Assembly (NCBI GenBank): GCA_963674945.2
Contig: CAXXWQ010000004.1
Coordinates: 1,440,001-1,504,000, forward strand
From: an uncultured Desulfosarcina sp.
GTDB lineage: Bacteria; Desulfobacterota; Desulfobacteria; Desulfobacterales; Desulfosarcinaceae
Direction: 5' to 3'
Length of the DNA: 64,000 nt
In this document: positions 9,843-20,075 of the stretch, piece after piece
Position numbering within the stretch: the stretch's first letter is position 1
How the letters are laid out: every line of letters starts with the position of its first letter
Notes under the pieces: generated by a model
What the model was told of the DNA's origin: nothing
Seen by the model: only the letters and a program-made list of their open reading frames with translations
Databases searched by the model: none
Made by a program: the position numbers and the translations under genes

Positions 9843-12358
9843 ATTCGCCTCACAAATTCGGTTTTGTATCAGATGGGCAATAGGTAGTATCAGGCCTTTG
9901 AATTGTCAAAGGGTATTTGAAGTTGAAGCGCGTTGACATAAGTCGACCCTGAAAATTGACATAAGTCTTTCCCAAATCGCCTTAACATGGTCAAACTTTG
10001 TTTGATTTGATCTTTCGATGTAGGCAACGCACTCCTGGGGTGTTCGTAACCTATCTGGCGGACTCTTTTTCCGCCATTGTCAGGGTCTGGAGTTCCGGCT
10101 CAATGGCATCAGCTGTGGTTCTGCAAAGGATCAAGAGAAAGAAAAGGCCCATCCACTTGAGATTAAAAAAAGAAGAAATATAAGTGCCGTTCATATTAAG
10201 CTCTCGTCATCTACTATAACTGAAGTGCCCTGATGGAGGGCAGCTTTGATTGGTTAGGCAAAACAATATCCCCATGTCTGTAAAATTATCGGTAACGGCG
10301 CAGACAGGATGACCTAAAACTACCAATAAAATATACGGGTTGCTGAGATCGCTTGTCGAGGGAAAAAATTGAGATCCAAAAGGCGCTATGAATCTGCCAG
10401 GGTGGCTGCTACCCATTTCCCGACCCCAATTCATTATTTCCGGTATAGAGATCGGCTTGGTATAGTATGGAAAGGGCAGGAATTTCTATAACTTGTTATA
10501 GCCGTATCATACTTCATGGTTTCTGAAACGTGCGTTTTACTGCTATGTAGGAAATAAAGTTACATTTCAGTAATATAGGCCACCTCATACAACATGTTGT
10601 GGCTCGCGTTTCCCGATAATATCAATGCTTAGTTCAGCGTATCTTTACTGGCAATCATGAATGGAGTGAAACCGGGAACCGGCATCACCCCTTAGCACGA
10701 TGGATAACCAGCATTCTCGCCGCTTGGTTTGTCCGACCTCGAAACTTTTCCAGTGCTGTATAGATCAATTCGATGATGCATTGCGGGAATAGATATTACG
10801 TTCGACAGTTTTACAGGTCATAGACGATTTTGCGATTCCGTGGCTTCAATATATACTTACGCTGATATTCGGTAATGTGTGTCTTTACAATGTGGGCAAA
10901 TCCGGATGTGGAATTTCAGCCTCAGGTCTGATGATCAGAAACATGAGAAGTATCGACGAATTGCTTTGAGGGATATATTTGGGTATGGTAATCAAGAAAA
11001 GGAGCAACCCCATGATCAAATCAATCCGTTTACTGTCGATATGGCTGTTGCTGCTGGCGCTGGCCGGCTGTGCCACACTCCCCGAAAACGTTGATCGGCC
11101 TTCGTCCAAGGCCTTCACCGATACCAGAGATACGGCTATCGGAAGCGCCATAGCCAAGGAAACATCCGACCATCCAGGCCAATCCGGTTTTTTGCTGTTG
11201 AAAAGCGGCCTGGACGCTTTTGTTGCCCGGGCGATGCTTGCCCGTTTTGCCGAACGCAGCATCGATGTGCAATATTACCTTTACCACGATGATCTGGTCG
11301 GGCGGTTGTTCACTGATCAACTGGTCCAGGCGGCCGACCGCGGTGTTCGTGTACGGTTGTTGGTGGACGACATGGACCTCAGCGGCCGCGACTTGGGTTT
11401 AGCCGTATTGGATGCGCATCCTAATATCGAGGTGCGCATATTCAACCCCTTCAGCCGCAAAGCAGGCCGCACATCCCAATTCATTACCCGATTTGGTTCG
11501 GTGACCCGCCGCATGCATAACAAGAGCTTTACCGTGGACAACCAGGCTACTATCTTGGGGGGGCGCAACATCGGCAATGAATACTTCGAAGCCGACCCGG
11601 ACCTGGCATTCGCCGATCTGGACGTCATGGGAATCGGGCCGGTGGCCCAAGAGGTTTCGGCTTCTTTCGACCTTTATTGGAACAGTGAGCTGGCCTATCC
11701 GGTTGGCGTTCTGCTGGGAAAACCGACGACACCAGAGGAAGTTTCAGGCAAGCTTCAGCAATTGCAGCACTTTGTCGCCGATCAAGCGGATTCGGAATAC
11801 CTCAGAGCACTTCGCAATTCATCCCTTGCGAAAAACATTCAAAACAATCAGGTGGATTTTTGGTGGGGCCGAGCCGGGGTGGTCTACGATCAGCCGGAAA
11901 AAATCATGCAGGATTTCGACCAGAATCAGTTACACCTGTCTTCGCAGCTCAAGCCTTATCTGGATGCCATAAAACGGGAACTGATCCTTTTTTCACCCTA
12001 TTTCGTGCCCGGCAAGGCGGGTACGAAATTCCTCACTGGGCTGGTCGAAAAAGGGATGCGGGTGCGCATTTTGACCAACTCCCTATCCTCCAATGACGTG
12101 GGTATCGTGCACGCCGGATATTCCAAATACCGTAAAGCCCTTCTGCGCGGCGGCGTCGAGCTCTATGAATTGAACAAAAAGCTGTCCCGCCAACAGCGCA
12201 AGGAAAAGAAGGGTGTCGGGGGATCATCAAAGGCCAGCCTGCATGCCAAGTCGTTTGTCTTTGACCGCCGACAGGTCTTCATCGGATCCCTCAATCTCGA
12301 CGCTCGTGCGTTGCTGCACAACACTGAAATCGGTGTCGTCATCGATCAATCCGATATT

Positions 12359-14814
12359 CAGAACACTGCATCTCCGGGAAAACTATGTGACACCTCCGGC
12401 ATGATTTGAGGTGCTGCAGCCATTTAGTTCGAATATCATTTGCAGCTCGGTACCGGGGTATTTTACCTGCGCACTGTTCAGATGCGCAAACAGTTGGCAA
12501 AGAGCCCGATTGGCCGCTGGGAACGAAGCGCCGTGCAATCGTATATTCAATTGCTGATTTTCAATATCGGGCAGTACATCGCCTTCGGTCTGGAACAGTG
12601 TCTGGAGAAGACTCCGTGCATCCGACGAGTTTACCGTCGGACCCGTGAGCAACCCAACCATTGCCGTCTCTGCACGATATGCAATCATACGAACCGTGTC
12701 CATCAGGCGTTTTCTGCCCGGTTGTAAACGTAAAAATTTATCTTTTGCTTCAAGTTCTCCCCACGTGATGTGTTTACTTGTCTGTTTTCGTTTTTCTTTC
12801 AACTCGCTGAGTTGATACTCCATCTTTTCGATTTCTTCTAACAGCTCGGCCTTTTTCTCTATCCACTTCTTAAACTTTACCGGTTTGTCTTCATTTTCAG
12901 GGTGAATGGTCATCTCGGCAAAACAGGCACGACGATATCGTAGCTTGTTCTGCAACGAATTACGGGATTGATTCAATTGCCGCCAAACGGGGTTGATTAC
13001 CCGTTCGGTATCAGGAAATTCAACGACACCATAATCTAAAAGCACATCGATATCAAAATGTTGCATCATATAGTTGAAAAAGTTTTCCTGACACCACCGG
13101 CTGAACATGCGTGCTGCCAATTGAGTATGCGGCAAATCGAAAGCGGTGCTGATTACGCTGGTCTGGTGTCCGGAATCGGTCAGTTTTCGCACTTGTCGCA
13201 TCCATGTTGCACCCTTACCAGATCCCACCAAACTACCCATTTCGCAAAGCCGCATCTTCACCACCTCTTTGTTTGGCATCGCAACTTCATACTCGGTGAA
13301 CCAATGCTCCGGCCATGATTCACCAGGATGCTTATGATACGTCATGCAGCCGATTCGATGGCGATCCCACATTTCCTTGAAGAATGCGGGACTATATCCT
13401 TCCCTGTCGAAAACAAGAACGAACCGGCATAAACATGGGTTCTCTTGTAGTTGCTGCAAACCGGGTTGATTCGGAACGTCTTGCAACAACCGGGGAACGA
13501 TATCGTCTCTTAAAACCGCCAATAATCCAGGATCGATCTGCTTTTCGACGACAAAAAAAGGTCGGCCAATCGCATCGTTAACCCAATAGTCGGTAATGCC
13601 CCTCATGCACAATCGTTCCCGGGACACGTAGCGGCGCGGTAGTCGGGTCAATTTTCCATGATAAACACGTACATGCCCGTCAACATAAAGCGCGCCAACC
13701 GATTCGGGCGCCTGTTCCATCCAGTATTTACCGAGGTATGCGGCCCACTTTTCCGCGCCGTGGTCTGCGCTCAACGCATCCATCTTGTAACGCAAACAGC
13801 GAACCTCCGGTGCACGATCCAAGCCCAATAACTTACCAAATTCTCCCGGAGCATGGCCTCGTATTTTTTCTGTCGTCTTGATCCTGCATAAGGCCATAAA
13901 CGAAAGCAGCAACAAGACATGAAAGATCGTGTAATAGCCTTTGACTTGGCCGAGGAACTGTTTTGCGCCGGTAAACAACCCGTTTGCCACCAATGACGGT
14001 ATCGCACAAAGAACGCCTGCTTTGGGAACGTCCAGGCATCTGTCAAAACGAACCGGCGCACCAACCATTTTGCCCAATGATGCCAATATGCGTTCCCCGA
14101 CTCGGTTGCAAGCCGTCCCCATACCATCGGCAGCAGCCATGTCGACCATGTCCCGATCTGATTTGGTTAGACACGGTTCACCAATCCTTGATTCGATTAA
14201 CCGACCATCATCTATAGCTTTGCGAAACGTATCGTATTTAATGCCAAGTTCCAGGGCGGCATCTTTTTTCGAGCACCCTTGATCCAGTAAACGTTGGGCT
14301 TGTTCAAGCACCTCAGGTTTGAAAACCTTGCCGCCGCGTCGTCCCCGCCGCTGAACGAAAAATGCCTCGGCGCCGCCGGACCTGAGTTTGTTCACGGATC
14401 GGATGACATTGCTCTTGGATACGCCGAATGTGTTTTGGATATCGATCTGGCGGCAAGCTCCGGATTCAACCAGTTGGGCTGTTATCATCCGAAACATTCG
14501 TTGATCGCCTTGTCTGTGAGAATAAATCGGAACGGTCGATAGAAAATAGGTCCAGGTCGTATCGTCACGAAATACACTGACAAGCCCGTTGATTTGTCTT
14601 GCACCGCGAGGAATAAGTGGTAGTATCTGTTGAGGCATGGCATCCTTTTCCTTTCATTTATCCGCCAAGATAATAAGGTTAAAGGTGCCATGTTCATTTT
14701 CCGGTTGCAATACCTTACCGGCCTGCTGGATTCAGACTCCTATCTTTCTGTTTTTCAACCACTTACATTATGTTTTGCTTGCCATATGCAACAATTAGGA
14801 AATCAAGTTTCCTG
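12359..14814 (-). mobile_element. Insertion sequence, 2456 bp, unclassified DDE type
   Basis: ATATT duplication at 12354-12358 and 14815-14819; imperfect terminal IRs CAGAACACTGCATCTCC / CAGGAAACTTGATTTCC (12/17). Confidence 0.9.
12383..14638 (-). CDS. DDE transposase (751 aa) with N-terminal HTH domains
   Basis: LYVDGH, LVFDREGYS and RWCQENFF give a D-D-E-like triad; lies within the IR/TSD-bounded element. Confidence 0.85.
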   Translation of the reverse strand: MPQQILPLIPRGARQINGLVSVFRDDTTWTYFLSTVPIYSHRQGDQRMFRMITAQLVESGACRQIDIQNTFGVSKSNVIRSVNKLRSGGAEAFFVQRRGRRGGKVFKPEVLEQAQRLLDQGCSKKDAALELGIKYDTFRKAIDDGRLIESRIGEPCLTKSDRDMVDMAAADGMGTACNRVGERILASLGKMVGAPVRFDRCLDVPKAGVLCAIPSLVANGLFTGAKQFLGQVKGYYTIFHVLLLLSFMALCRIKTTEKIRGHAPGEFGKLLGLDRAPEVRCLRYKMDALSADHGAEKWAAYLGKYWMEQAPESVGALYVDGHVRVYHGKLTRLPRRYVSRERLCMRGITDYWVNDAIGRPFFVVEKQIDPGLLAVLRDDIVPRLLQDVPNQPGLQQLQENPCLCRFVLVFDREGYSPAFFKEMWDRHRIGCMTYHKHPGESWPEHWFTEYEVAMPNKEVVKMRLCEMGSLVGSGKGATWMRQVRKLTDSGHQTSVISTAFDLPHTQLAARMFSRWCQENFFNYMMQHFDIDVLLDYGVVEFPDTERVINPVWRQLNQSRNSLQNKLRYRRACFAEMTIHPENEDKPVKFKKWIEKKAELLEEIEKMEYQLSELKEKRKQTSKHITWGELEAKDKFLRLQPGRKRLMDTVRMIAYRAETAMVGLLTGPTVNSSDARSLLQTLFQTEGDVLPDIENQQLNIRLHGASFPAANRALCQLFAHLNSAQVKYPGTELQMIFELNGCSTSNHAGGVT

Positions 14815-15200
14815 ATATTGCGGAGGGAATGGGTGCCTGGTTCGACCAAAGCATCGAAAGTGTCGCTTTTCGACTGGAACTGGTAAAAAACGACAACGGA
14901 ACAGAATCGATTCGCTGGCGCGGGGTGGTGGACGAAGAGCCGGAAACCTTTGACGTGGATCCGTATACCGGGTTCTGGCGGCGTTTAGGGATCAGCATTA
15001 TGCGCATTCTGCCCATCGAATCCCAGCTCTGAACGGCAATTCTCCATTCAACCCAATGGATGCGCACTCACTGCCAGGTCTTGATTCAACTTTTCCGTCG
15101 CCTATAGCATCCTTTATTTCCTCACTGCCCAAAATGGGCACCAAAGGTATTGACATAAATTTGGCTGATTAATAGCAATAGTTATCAGTCGACAGTCGAA

Positions 15201-15242
15201 TTTCGCACCTCGCGCCTCGCACTTTGCATCCCACATTTCGCA
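15201..15242. repeat. Degenerate 7-bp tandem repeat, 6 units
   Basis: tttcgca cctcgcg cctcgca ctttgca tcccaca tttcgca. Confidence 0.7.
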
Positions 15243-15290
15243 ATATAGCAACCATTCAATTTAGTAACAATTTAAGAATGTGATTAAGCG

Positions 15291-15794
15291 ATGAAAAGCG
15301 AAAAGAGTAGGGAAGACAACCAACATCAAATCTTTGACTTACAGCTTTACAATCAACATAAAAATTTGGTGGCGATCATCATGGCCCGCTTTTTCCTTCG
15401 CTATCTCAACCTCCTATACAGGGAGTTTGAAGGTGATCTCGTGTTGCCAATCGTGCTGGGTGAGATCGCTCATCATAATATAATTCGACTTTATTCCCTC
15501 AAGGACGACTGCATAGAAATCAATAAGCAAACGGTGGATTATCCAGAGCGGATGAAGCTCCTTGCGCCCACGAACGCTTATTCCATAAGCCAGGCAACGG
15601 GCATCCCCAGGGAAACAGTAAGAAGAAAAATCCACAAACTTCAAAAAAAAGGGTGGGTAGTCAAAAACGATCAGGGAGAAGTTACCCTATCTGAAACGGT
15701 CAGCGATCATTTCACCAAAGACTTGAATAAAAAAATACTTGCCGAGCTTTTAAAGGCGAGTGAATGCATTCGGAATCTTTTAAAACCCGCCTAA
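15291..15794 (+). CDS. Putative winged-HTH DNA-binding protein
   Basis: AYSISQATGIPRETVRRKIHKLQKKGWV resembles a Crp-like HTH; visibly AT-rich; first gene of the AOR operon. Confidence 0.7.
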   Translation: MKSEKSREDNQHQIFDLQLYNQHKNLVAIIMARFFLRYLNLLYREFEGDLVLPIVLGEIAHHNIIRLYSLKDDCIEINKQTVDYPERMKLLAPTNAYSISQATGIPRETVRRKIHKLQKKGWVVKNDQGEVTLSETVSDHFTKDLNKKILAELLKASECIRNLLKPA

Positions 15795-15811
15795 AACCCA
15801 GGACCAACGAC

Positions 15812-16495
15812 ATGAATGAAGACAAACCAGGAACATCAGGGAAAATCAGTCGCCGGCAGTTTTTAATCGGTTCAAGCGCACTCGGTGCAGCGGTTTTCCT
15901 GCCGGGAACACTGCTGGCGATCCCCAACACGATCGCCGATTCAAAAGGGTTTCTCGTCGTCGATCTGAAAAAGTGCCAGGGCTGCGGCACCTGCATGATG
16001 GCATGCGCGCTGGCGCATTCCGGAATGGCCTCCTACAACCTATCGCGCATTCAAATCCAGCAGGATTCATTTGCAGACTGGCCCGATGACGTGTCGATGG
16101 GAATATGCCGCCAATGCCAGGATGCTCCTTGTGTGGCGGTGTGTCCCGTGAGACCGATACGGGCAAACAAGCCGAACCCCAAGCAGGGCAACGTTCGCAT
16201 GATCGACCCGGCACTTTGCATCGGATGCAAAATGTGTCTTGTCCGCTGTCCGTTCACGCCGAGCCGCATTCAGTGGAATCCCTATTTGCAAAAGTCACAA
16301 AAGTGCGATCTGTGTGTGGACACGCCCTACCTGGAAGAAAAAGGCGGCCCCGGAGGCACGCAGGCCTGTGTCAAGGTATGTCCGGTAAACGCGATCAGCT
16401 ATATAACCAAGATGCCCGATCAAGGCAGCGATGAATCGTATAATGTCAACCTCCGAGGCCGCGCTTGGTCGAAACTCGGAATGACCACCAAGTGA
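15812..16495 (+). CDS. Tat-signal 4Fe-4S electron-transfer subunit (DmsB/YdhY-like)
   Basis: SRRQFL twin-arginine motif; CQGCGTCMMAC, CRQCQDAPCVAVCP, CIGCKMCLVRCP and KCDLC...ACVKVCP. Confidence 0.9.
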   Translation: MNEDKPGTSGKISRRQFLIGSSALGAAVFLPGTLLAIPNTIADSKGFLVVDLKKCQGCGTCMMACALAHSGMASYNLSRIQIQQDSFADWPDDVSMGICRQCQDAPCVAVCPVRPIRANKPNPKQGNVRMIDPALCIGCKMCLVRCPFTPSRIQWNPYLQKSQKCDLCVDTPYLEEKGGPGGTQACVKVCPVNAISYITKMPDQGSDESYNVNLRGRAWSKLGMTTK

Positions 16496-16505
16496 GGACG
16501 ATTTT

Positions 16506-18650
16506 ATGACACGCTACGGTTACGCCGGGAAGATACTACGGCTGGACATGACCAACAGGAAAGCAATCGCCATTGATACCGAACCGTATCGACGATGGGG
16601 CGGCGGGCACGGCATGGGCTCCGCGCTTTTTTGGGATTTCTGCAAGGACAAGACCATCACGGACGGCCGCCACCCAGCCAATGTCTGTTGCGTCGTGACC
16701 TCTCCCCTCTGCGGGACGATCGTACCGTCAGCGGGTGGACGATGCGAGGTGGTCGGCGTCGGCGTTGGCCAGTACCCCCTCTCCTGGTTCACCCGCACAA
16801 ACTTCGGTGGTCGATTTTCTACTATGCTCAAATATGCCGGGTGGGATGCGATTGTAATTGAAGGCAAGGCAGACAGCCCCGTCTGGGTCGACATCCGCAA
16901 CGAGCAGGTGATCTTCCATGATGCCCAAAACCTGTGGGGCAAGGATACGTGGGCCACACAACTATCGATTCGAGACCTCATCAAAATTAGTCGTGGAACG
17001 AAAACCCATTGGCAGGACATTCGGGCATTATCTTTGGCCAAATCCGATGAATCATCAGGAGAGGATCTCGGCAGGACGACCCAGAAGCCGGCGATCCTTT
17101 GCATCGGACTTGCGGGAGAAAACCAAACCTGCCACGCCGCCTTGATCCATGATGCCGGAAACGGGGCAGGTCAGGGAGGACTCGGGGCGGTATGGGGATC
17201 GAAGAATCTGAAAGCCATCTCTGTTCTGGGCACCGGCGGAATTAATGTTTACGATCCCAAGACCCTGCTTAAAGCCCGCATGATCACCAAAGAAAAATAT
17301 GTCACCAACTGGCAGGCGCCCGACTTTCAAGCCTGGACCCGCATCGGCGGGCTGCCTAAACCGATCGTCCAAGCCGCCATGCCGACCGATGAGCGCCGCC
17401 CCCAGTCCTGCCAGGGGTGTATCAACGGATGCCGGTCGCGCTACAACGTGGGCTATGGCAATGAGTCCGCCTGCCAGGAAACCTTCTGGTACGGGCCTTA
17501 CGTCCGCAAAGTCGCGAAAAGTCGTGCCGAGGATACCGAAATCAATCTCAAGGGAGCCGATATCGTGCAGCGCTACGGCCTCAATTCCTTTGTGCTTCAG
17601 CCCGGCCTGCATTGGCTCGAACACCTTTACGAAGAAGGCGTCCTCGGTCCAGGGCGGTCAATCCCTTCCGATCTTCCTTGGGAATCCATCGGGACGCTGG
17701 ATTTTGCGGAAAAAATCGTCCATGCCTTGTCGACGCGTAAAGACATCGGCGCGGATCTGGCCGATGGCTGGGTGCAGGCAGCCCTGAAATGGGGACGGGA
17801 GGAAGATCTTCACACTGGCGCGCTCCAGTTTTCGTATTGGGGTGTTCCGGAGCATGGTTACGATCCCCGTGCCGAGCTCGAGTGGGGCTACGGCAGCCTC
17901 ATGGGGGACCGCGATACCAACACCCACTGCTTCAACTATATCTTTACCAATGTCAGTGCGGCGTTTGCCTTCGGCAAACCCCTGCGCATCGGGGCGGAAG
18001 AAATGGCCAAACTGCATGCCAAGAAGATGTCTCCCTATGCAAAAGACCGGCCCGAGGTGCTCGATTACAGCGACGCCAACATGTACTCGGAAGCGGTTGC
18101 GCAGACCGTCCGCTGGCAGCAGCACTACTGCCGGTTCTATAAAAATTCCGCGTTGTACTGTGATTTAAAATGGCCTGATTTCCTCAATACCAACGTGCCG
18201 GATCTTGAAGGGGCCACAGCGTCGTCGGACGCCGGAGAGCATGTGTTCTGGAATGCGGTCACCGGCGATACCCTCAGCTTTGAAGACGGTATTGAAATCG
18301 GGCGCCGGATCTGGAACCTGGACAACGCCATCTGGGTACTCCAGGGAAGACACCGCGAAATGGTGCATTTCGCACCGTATATCTACAAAACCGTATACAA
18401 CAAGGGCGAAGTGTTTCCCTTCTTCATGTGGACCTGTCGGGATGACAATGGGAAATGGCATTACAAGGATCTGATGGGCCGTTCACTGGATAGGGCTAAA
18501 GTCGATGAATGGAAAACCATCTTTTATCAGCTCGAAGGTTGGGATATCAAGACGGGCTGGCCCAAACGCAGCACGCTCGAAAAAATGGACATGGGTTTTG
18601 TGGCGGATGCGCTCGAGGCAGCCGGTAGATTGGGGGAGGAAGCATCGTGA
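16506..18650 (+). CDS. Aldehyde:ferredoxin oxidoreductase family (AOR/WOR/YdhV-like) catalytic subunit
   Basis: GYAGKILRLD, LKYAGWDAIVIEGKA, GQGGLGAVWGSKNLKAI, CQGCINGC cluster ligands and GWD..TGWP tail. Confidence 0.92.
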   Translation: MTRYGYAGKILRLDMTNRKAIAIDTEPYRRWGGGHGMGSALFWDFCKDKTITDGRHPANVCCVVTSPLCGTIVPSAGGRCEVVGVGVGQYPLSWFTRTNFGGRFSTMLKYAGWDAIVIEGKADSPVWVDIRNEQVIFHDAQNLWGKDTWATQLSIRDLIKISRGTKTHWQDIRALSLAKSDESSGEDLGRTTQKPAILCIGLAGENQTCHAALIHDAGNGAGQGGLGAVWGSKNLKAISVLGTGGINVYDPKTLLKARMITKEKYVTNWQAPDFQAWTRIGGLPKPIVQAAMPTDERRPQSCQGCINGCRSRYNVGYGNESACQETFWYGPYVRKVAKSRAEDTEINLKGADIVQRYGLNSFVLQPGLHWLEHLYEEGVLGPGRSIPSDLPWESIGTLDFAEKIVHALSTRKDIGADLADGWVQAALKWGREEDLHTGALQFSYWGVPEHGYDPRAELEWGYGSLMGDRDTNTHCFNYIFTNVSAAFAFGKPLRIGAEEMAKLHAKKMSPYAKDRPEVLDYSDANMYSEAVAQTVRWQQHYCRFYKNSALYCDLKWPDFLNTNVPDLEGATASSDAGEHVFWNAVTGDTLSFEDGIEIGRRIWNLDNAIWVLQGRHREMVHFAPYIYKTVYNKGEVFPFFMWTCRDDNGKWHYKDLMGRSLDRAKVDEWKTIFYQLEGWDIKTGWPKRSTLEKMDMGFVADALEAAGRLGEEAS

Positions 18651-19012
18651 ACTATTCTTTGTCACAGCCCAGCGAGACCATATCCCGTAAGATCCTCAGT
18701 CCCGTCCCCTTTAAGGCGCGCTTTCCCGCCGGCCGCCTGAAACCGCCCGTGGGAATCATGCCTGGCGATGTGCGCAGTCTTCCGGAATTGCACCTTTTTC
18801 TTGAGCCGGACAACGCCTCTCTTCCCGGTATCAACTTGAAGGCCCTTCCAGAATGGATTGAAGTGAGCATCGGCGACAAGGAGCTGGCAGAAGCAATTCG
18901 GGCCATTGTCGACACAACGGTGAATTACGTCGAGGATTGCTTGAGAGTCCACGAAGTGGTGAGGTATCGACTGGATCAGGCACATGAGATCATTAAGGAG
19001 ACCAAGGTATGA
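18647..19012 (+). CDS. Hypothetical protein, translationally coupled within the AOR operon
   Basis: GTGA and ATGA overlaps with the flanking genes. Confidence 0.6.
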   Translation: MNYSLSQPSETISRKILSPVPFKARFPAGRLKPPVGIMPGDVRSLPELHLFLEPDNASLPGINLKALPEWIEVSIGDKELAEAIRAIVDTTVNYVEDCLRVHEVVRYRLDQAHEIIKETKV

Positions 19013-19998
19013 AGATCTTGCTCGCGGCGCTATTCTGCCAGCTTGTATTTTGTAGTCACCTGGCTTCGGCCCAACAGACAGAAATCAACGGTGCCGTTGC
19101 CTATACCGAAACAATGCAGTTTGATTACAGGAAGGACGGGATCCGGAACCGGGTGCAGTTCTGGCTCGAATTCAGGGGCCGCCCTACTTTGGGAAAGCCC
19201 GGGGAATCGGGCTACAACCCCGAATCCGGTTCCATTTACTACTATCTTGTCGACCTTGATAACAAGAAAACGGTCGAAAACTGGCTCATGGGGTTCAGTA
19301 TGATGGAAGGGCCGCCGCCCAAAGGCCCCTATCCCATGACTGGCATCGAAATCCGCGGAAACATGGCCACGTTTACGGCTTTCGGCATGAAGTGGACCGT
19401 TATCGACGGTGGAGAGGGCTTTGCCAAGGATACGGTGAAGATCGATGACGGATTTAGGGTAAAACAAATGACGCTCTATGGCGGCGATTTTAAAATTGTC
19501 GATACCGAAATAGAAGCGCACGCCGCCTATCAGGATTGCGTGAAGTGTCATGAAGGGCAGACCATGGCGATGCGGACCAAGGGGGGCCAGCACAACACAG
19601 TGGGATGCGGCGACTGCCACGTCGGTCACCCACCGGAAGTAAAAAAGCCTTACACCGCATGTATGGAATGCCACGAAGCGCATTCGGACCAAATGGCCGA
19701 AGATGCCTGCGGTCAGTGTCATCAGGCGCATATGGCCACTGAAGTCACCTATGCGTTCAACGTTCCGTCAGCATACTGTGTCGCATGTCATCAGGATGCG
19801 TTGGATGAACTGGCGGCGAGCCAGAGCAAACACAGCGACATTGCCTGCGCACTCTGCCATCAGGAACGGCACGGGGCATCAACCACCTGCCAATACTGCC
19901 ATGGCGGAATCCACCCGGCGCATGTGATGAAGAAAAGCGATATTTGCGCGGCGTGTCACCATACGGCCCATGAATTGGAAAGTGCGCGGACGAAATGA
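19009..19998 (+). CDS. Secreted octaheme cytochrome c with a non-heme N-terminal domain
   Basis: Signal peptide; 8 CxxCH motifs (CVKCH, CGDCH, CMECH, CGQCH, CVACH, CALCH, CQYCH, CAACH), all in the C-terminal half. Confidence 0.9.
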   Translation: MKILLAALFCQLVFCSHLASAQQTEINGAVAYTETMQFDYRKDGIRNRVQFWLEFRGRPTLGKPGESGYNPESGSIYYYLVDLDNKKTVENWLMGFSMMEGPPPKGPYPMTGIEIRGNMATFTAFGMKWTVIDGGEGFAKDTVKIDDGFRVKQMTLYGGDFKIVDTEIEAHAAYQDCVKCHEGQTMAMRTKGGQHNTVGCGDCHVGHPPEVKKPYTACMECHEAHSDQMAEDACGQCHQAHMATEVTYAFNVPSAYCVACHQDALDELAASQSKHSDIACALCHQERHGASTTCQYCHGGIHPAHVMKKSDICAACHHTAHELESARTK

Positions 19999-20075
19999 GA
20001 GAACCCGGCAATCGGCTGTAAAAGCGAAAAGAGTGATAAAAAACCTTCGCACGTGAAGGAAAGGAGAATACCAAT

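Larger units (their letters stand above)
11012..15032 (+). pseudogene. clsC: Phospholipase D / cardiolipin synthase (ClsC-like), interrupted by an IS
   Basis: Lipobox LAGC and two HKD motifs (MHNKSFTVD, LHAKSFVFD). Removing the IS and one TSD copy restores ...IDQSDIAEGMGAWFDQ...LPIESQL in frame. Confidence 0.88.

Noticed and set aside
10251..10345. Possible c-di-GMP-I riboswitch (GGCAAA...CCTAAA...GGGTTGC)
   Set aside because: Lacks the GNRA-capped P2 and GCAAAG core in the correct spacing, and no gene follows closely.
14829..15032. Independent 67-aa gene
   Set aside because: It is the displaced C-terminus of the IS-interrupted phospholipase D gene.
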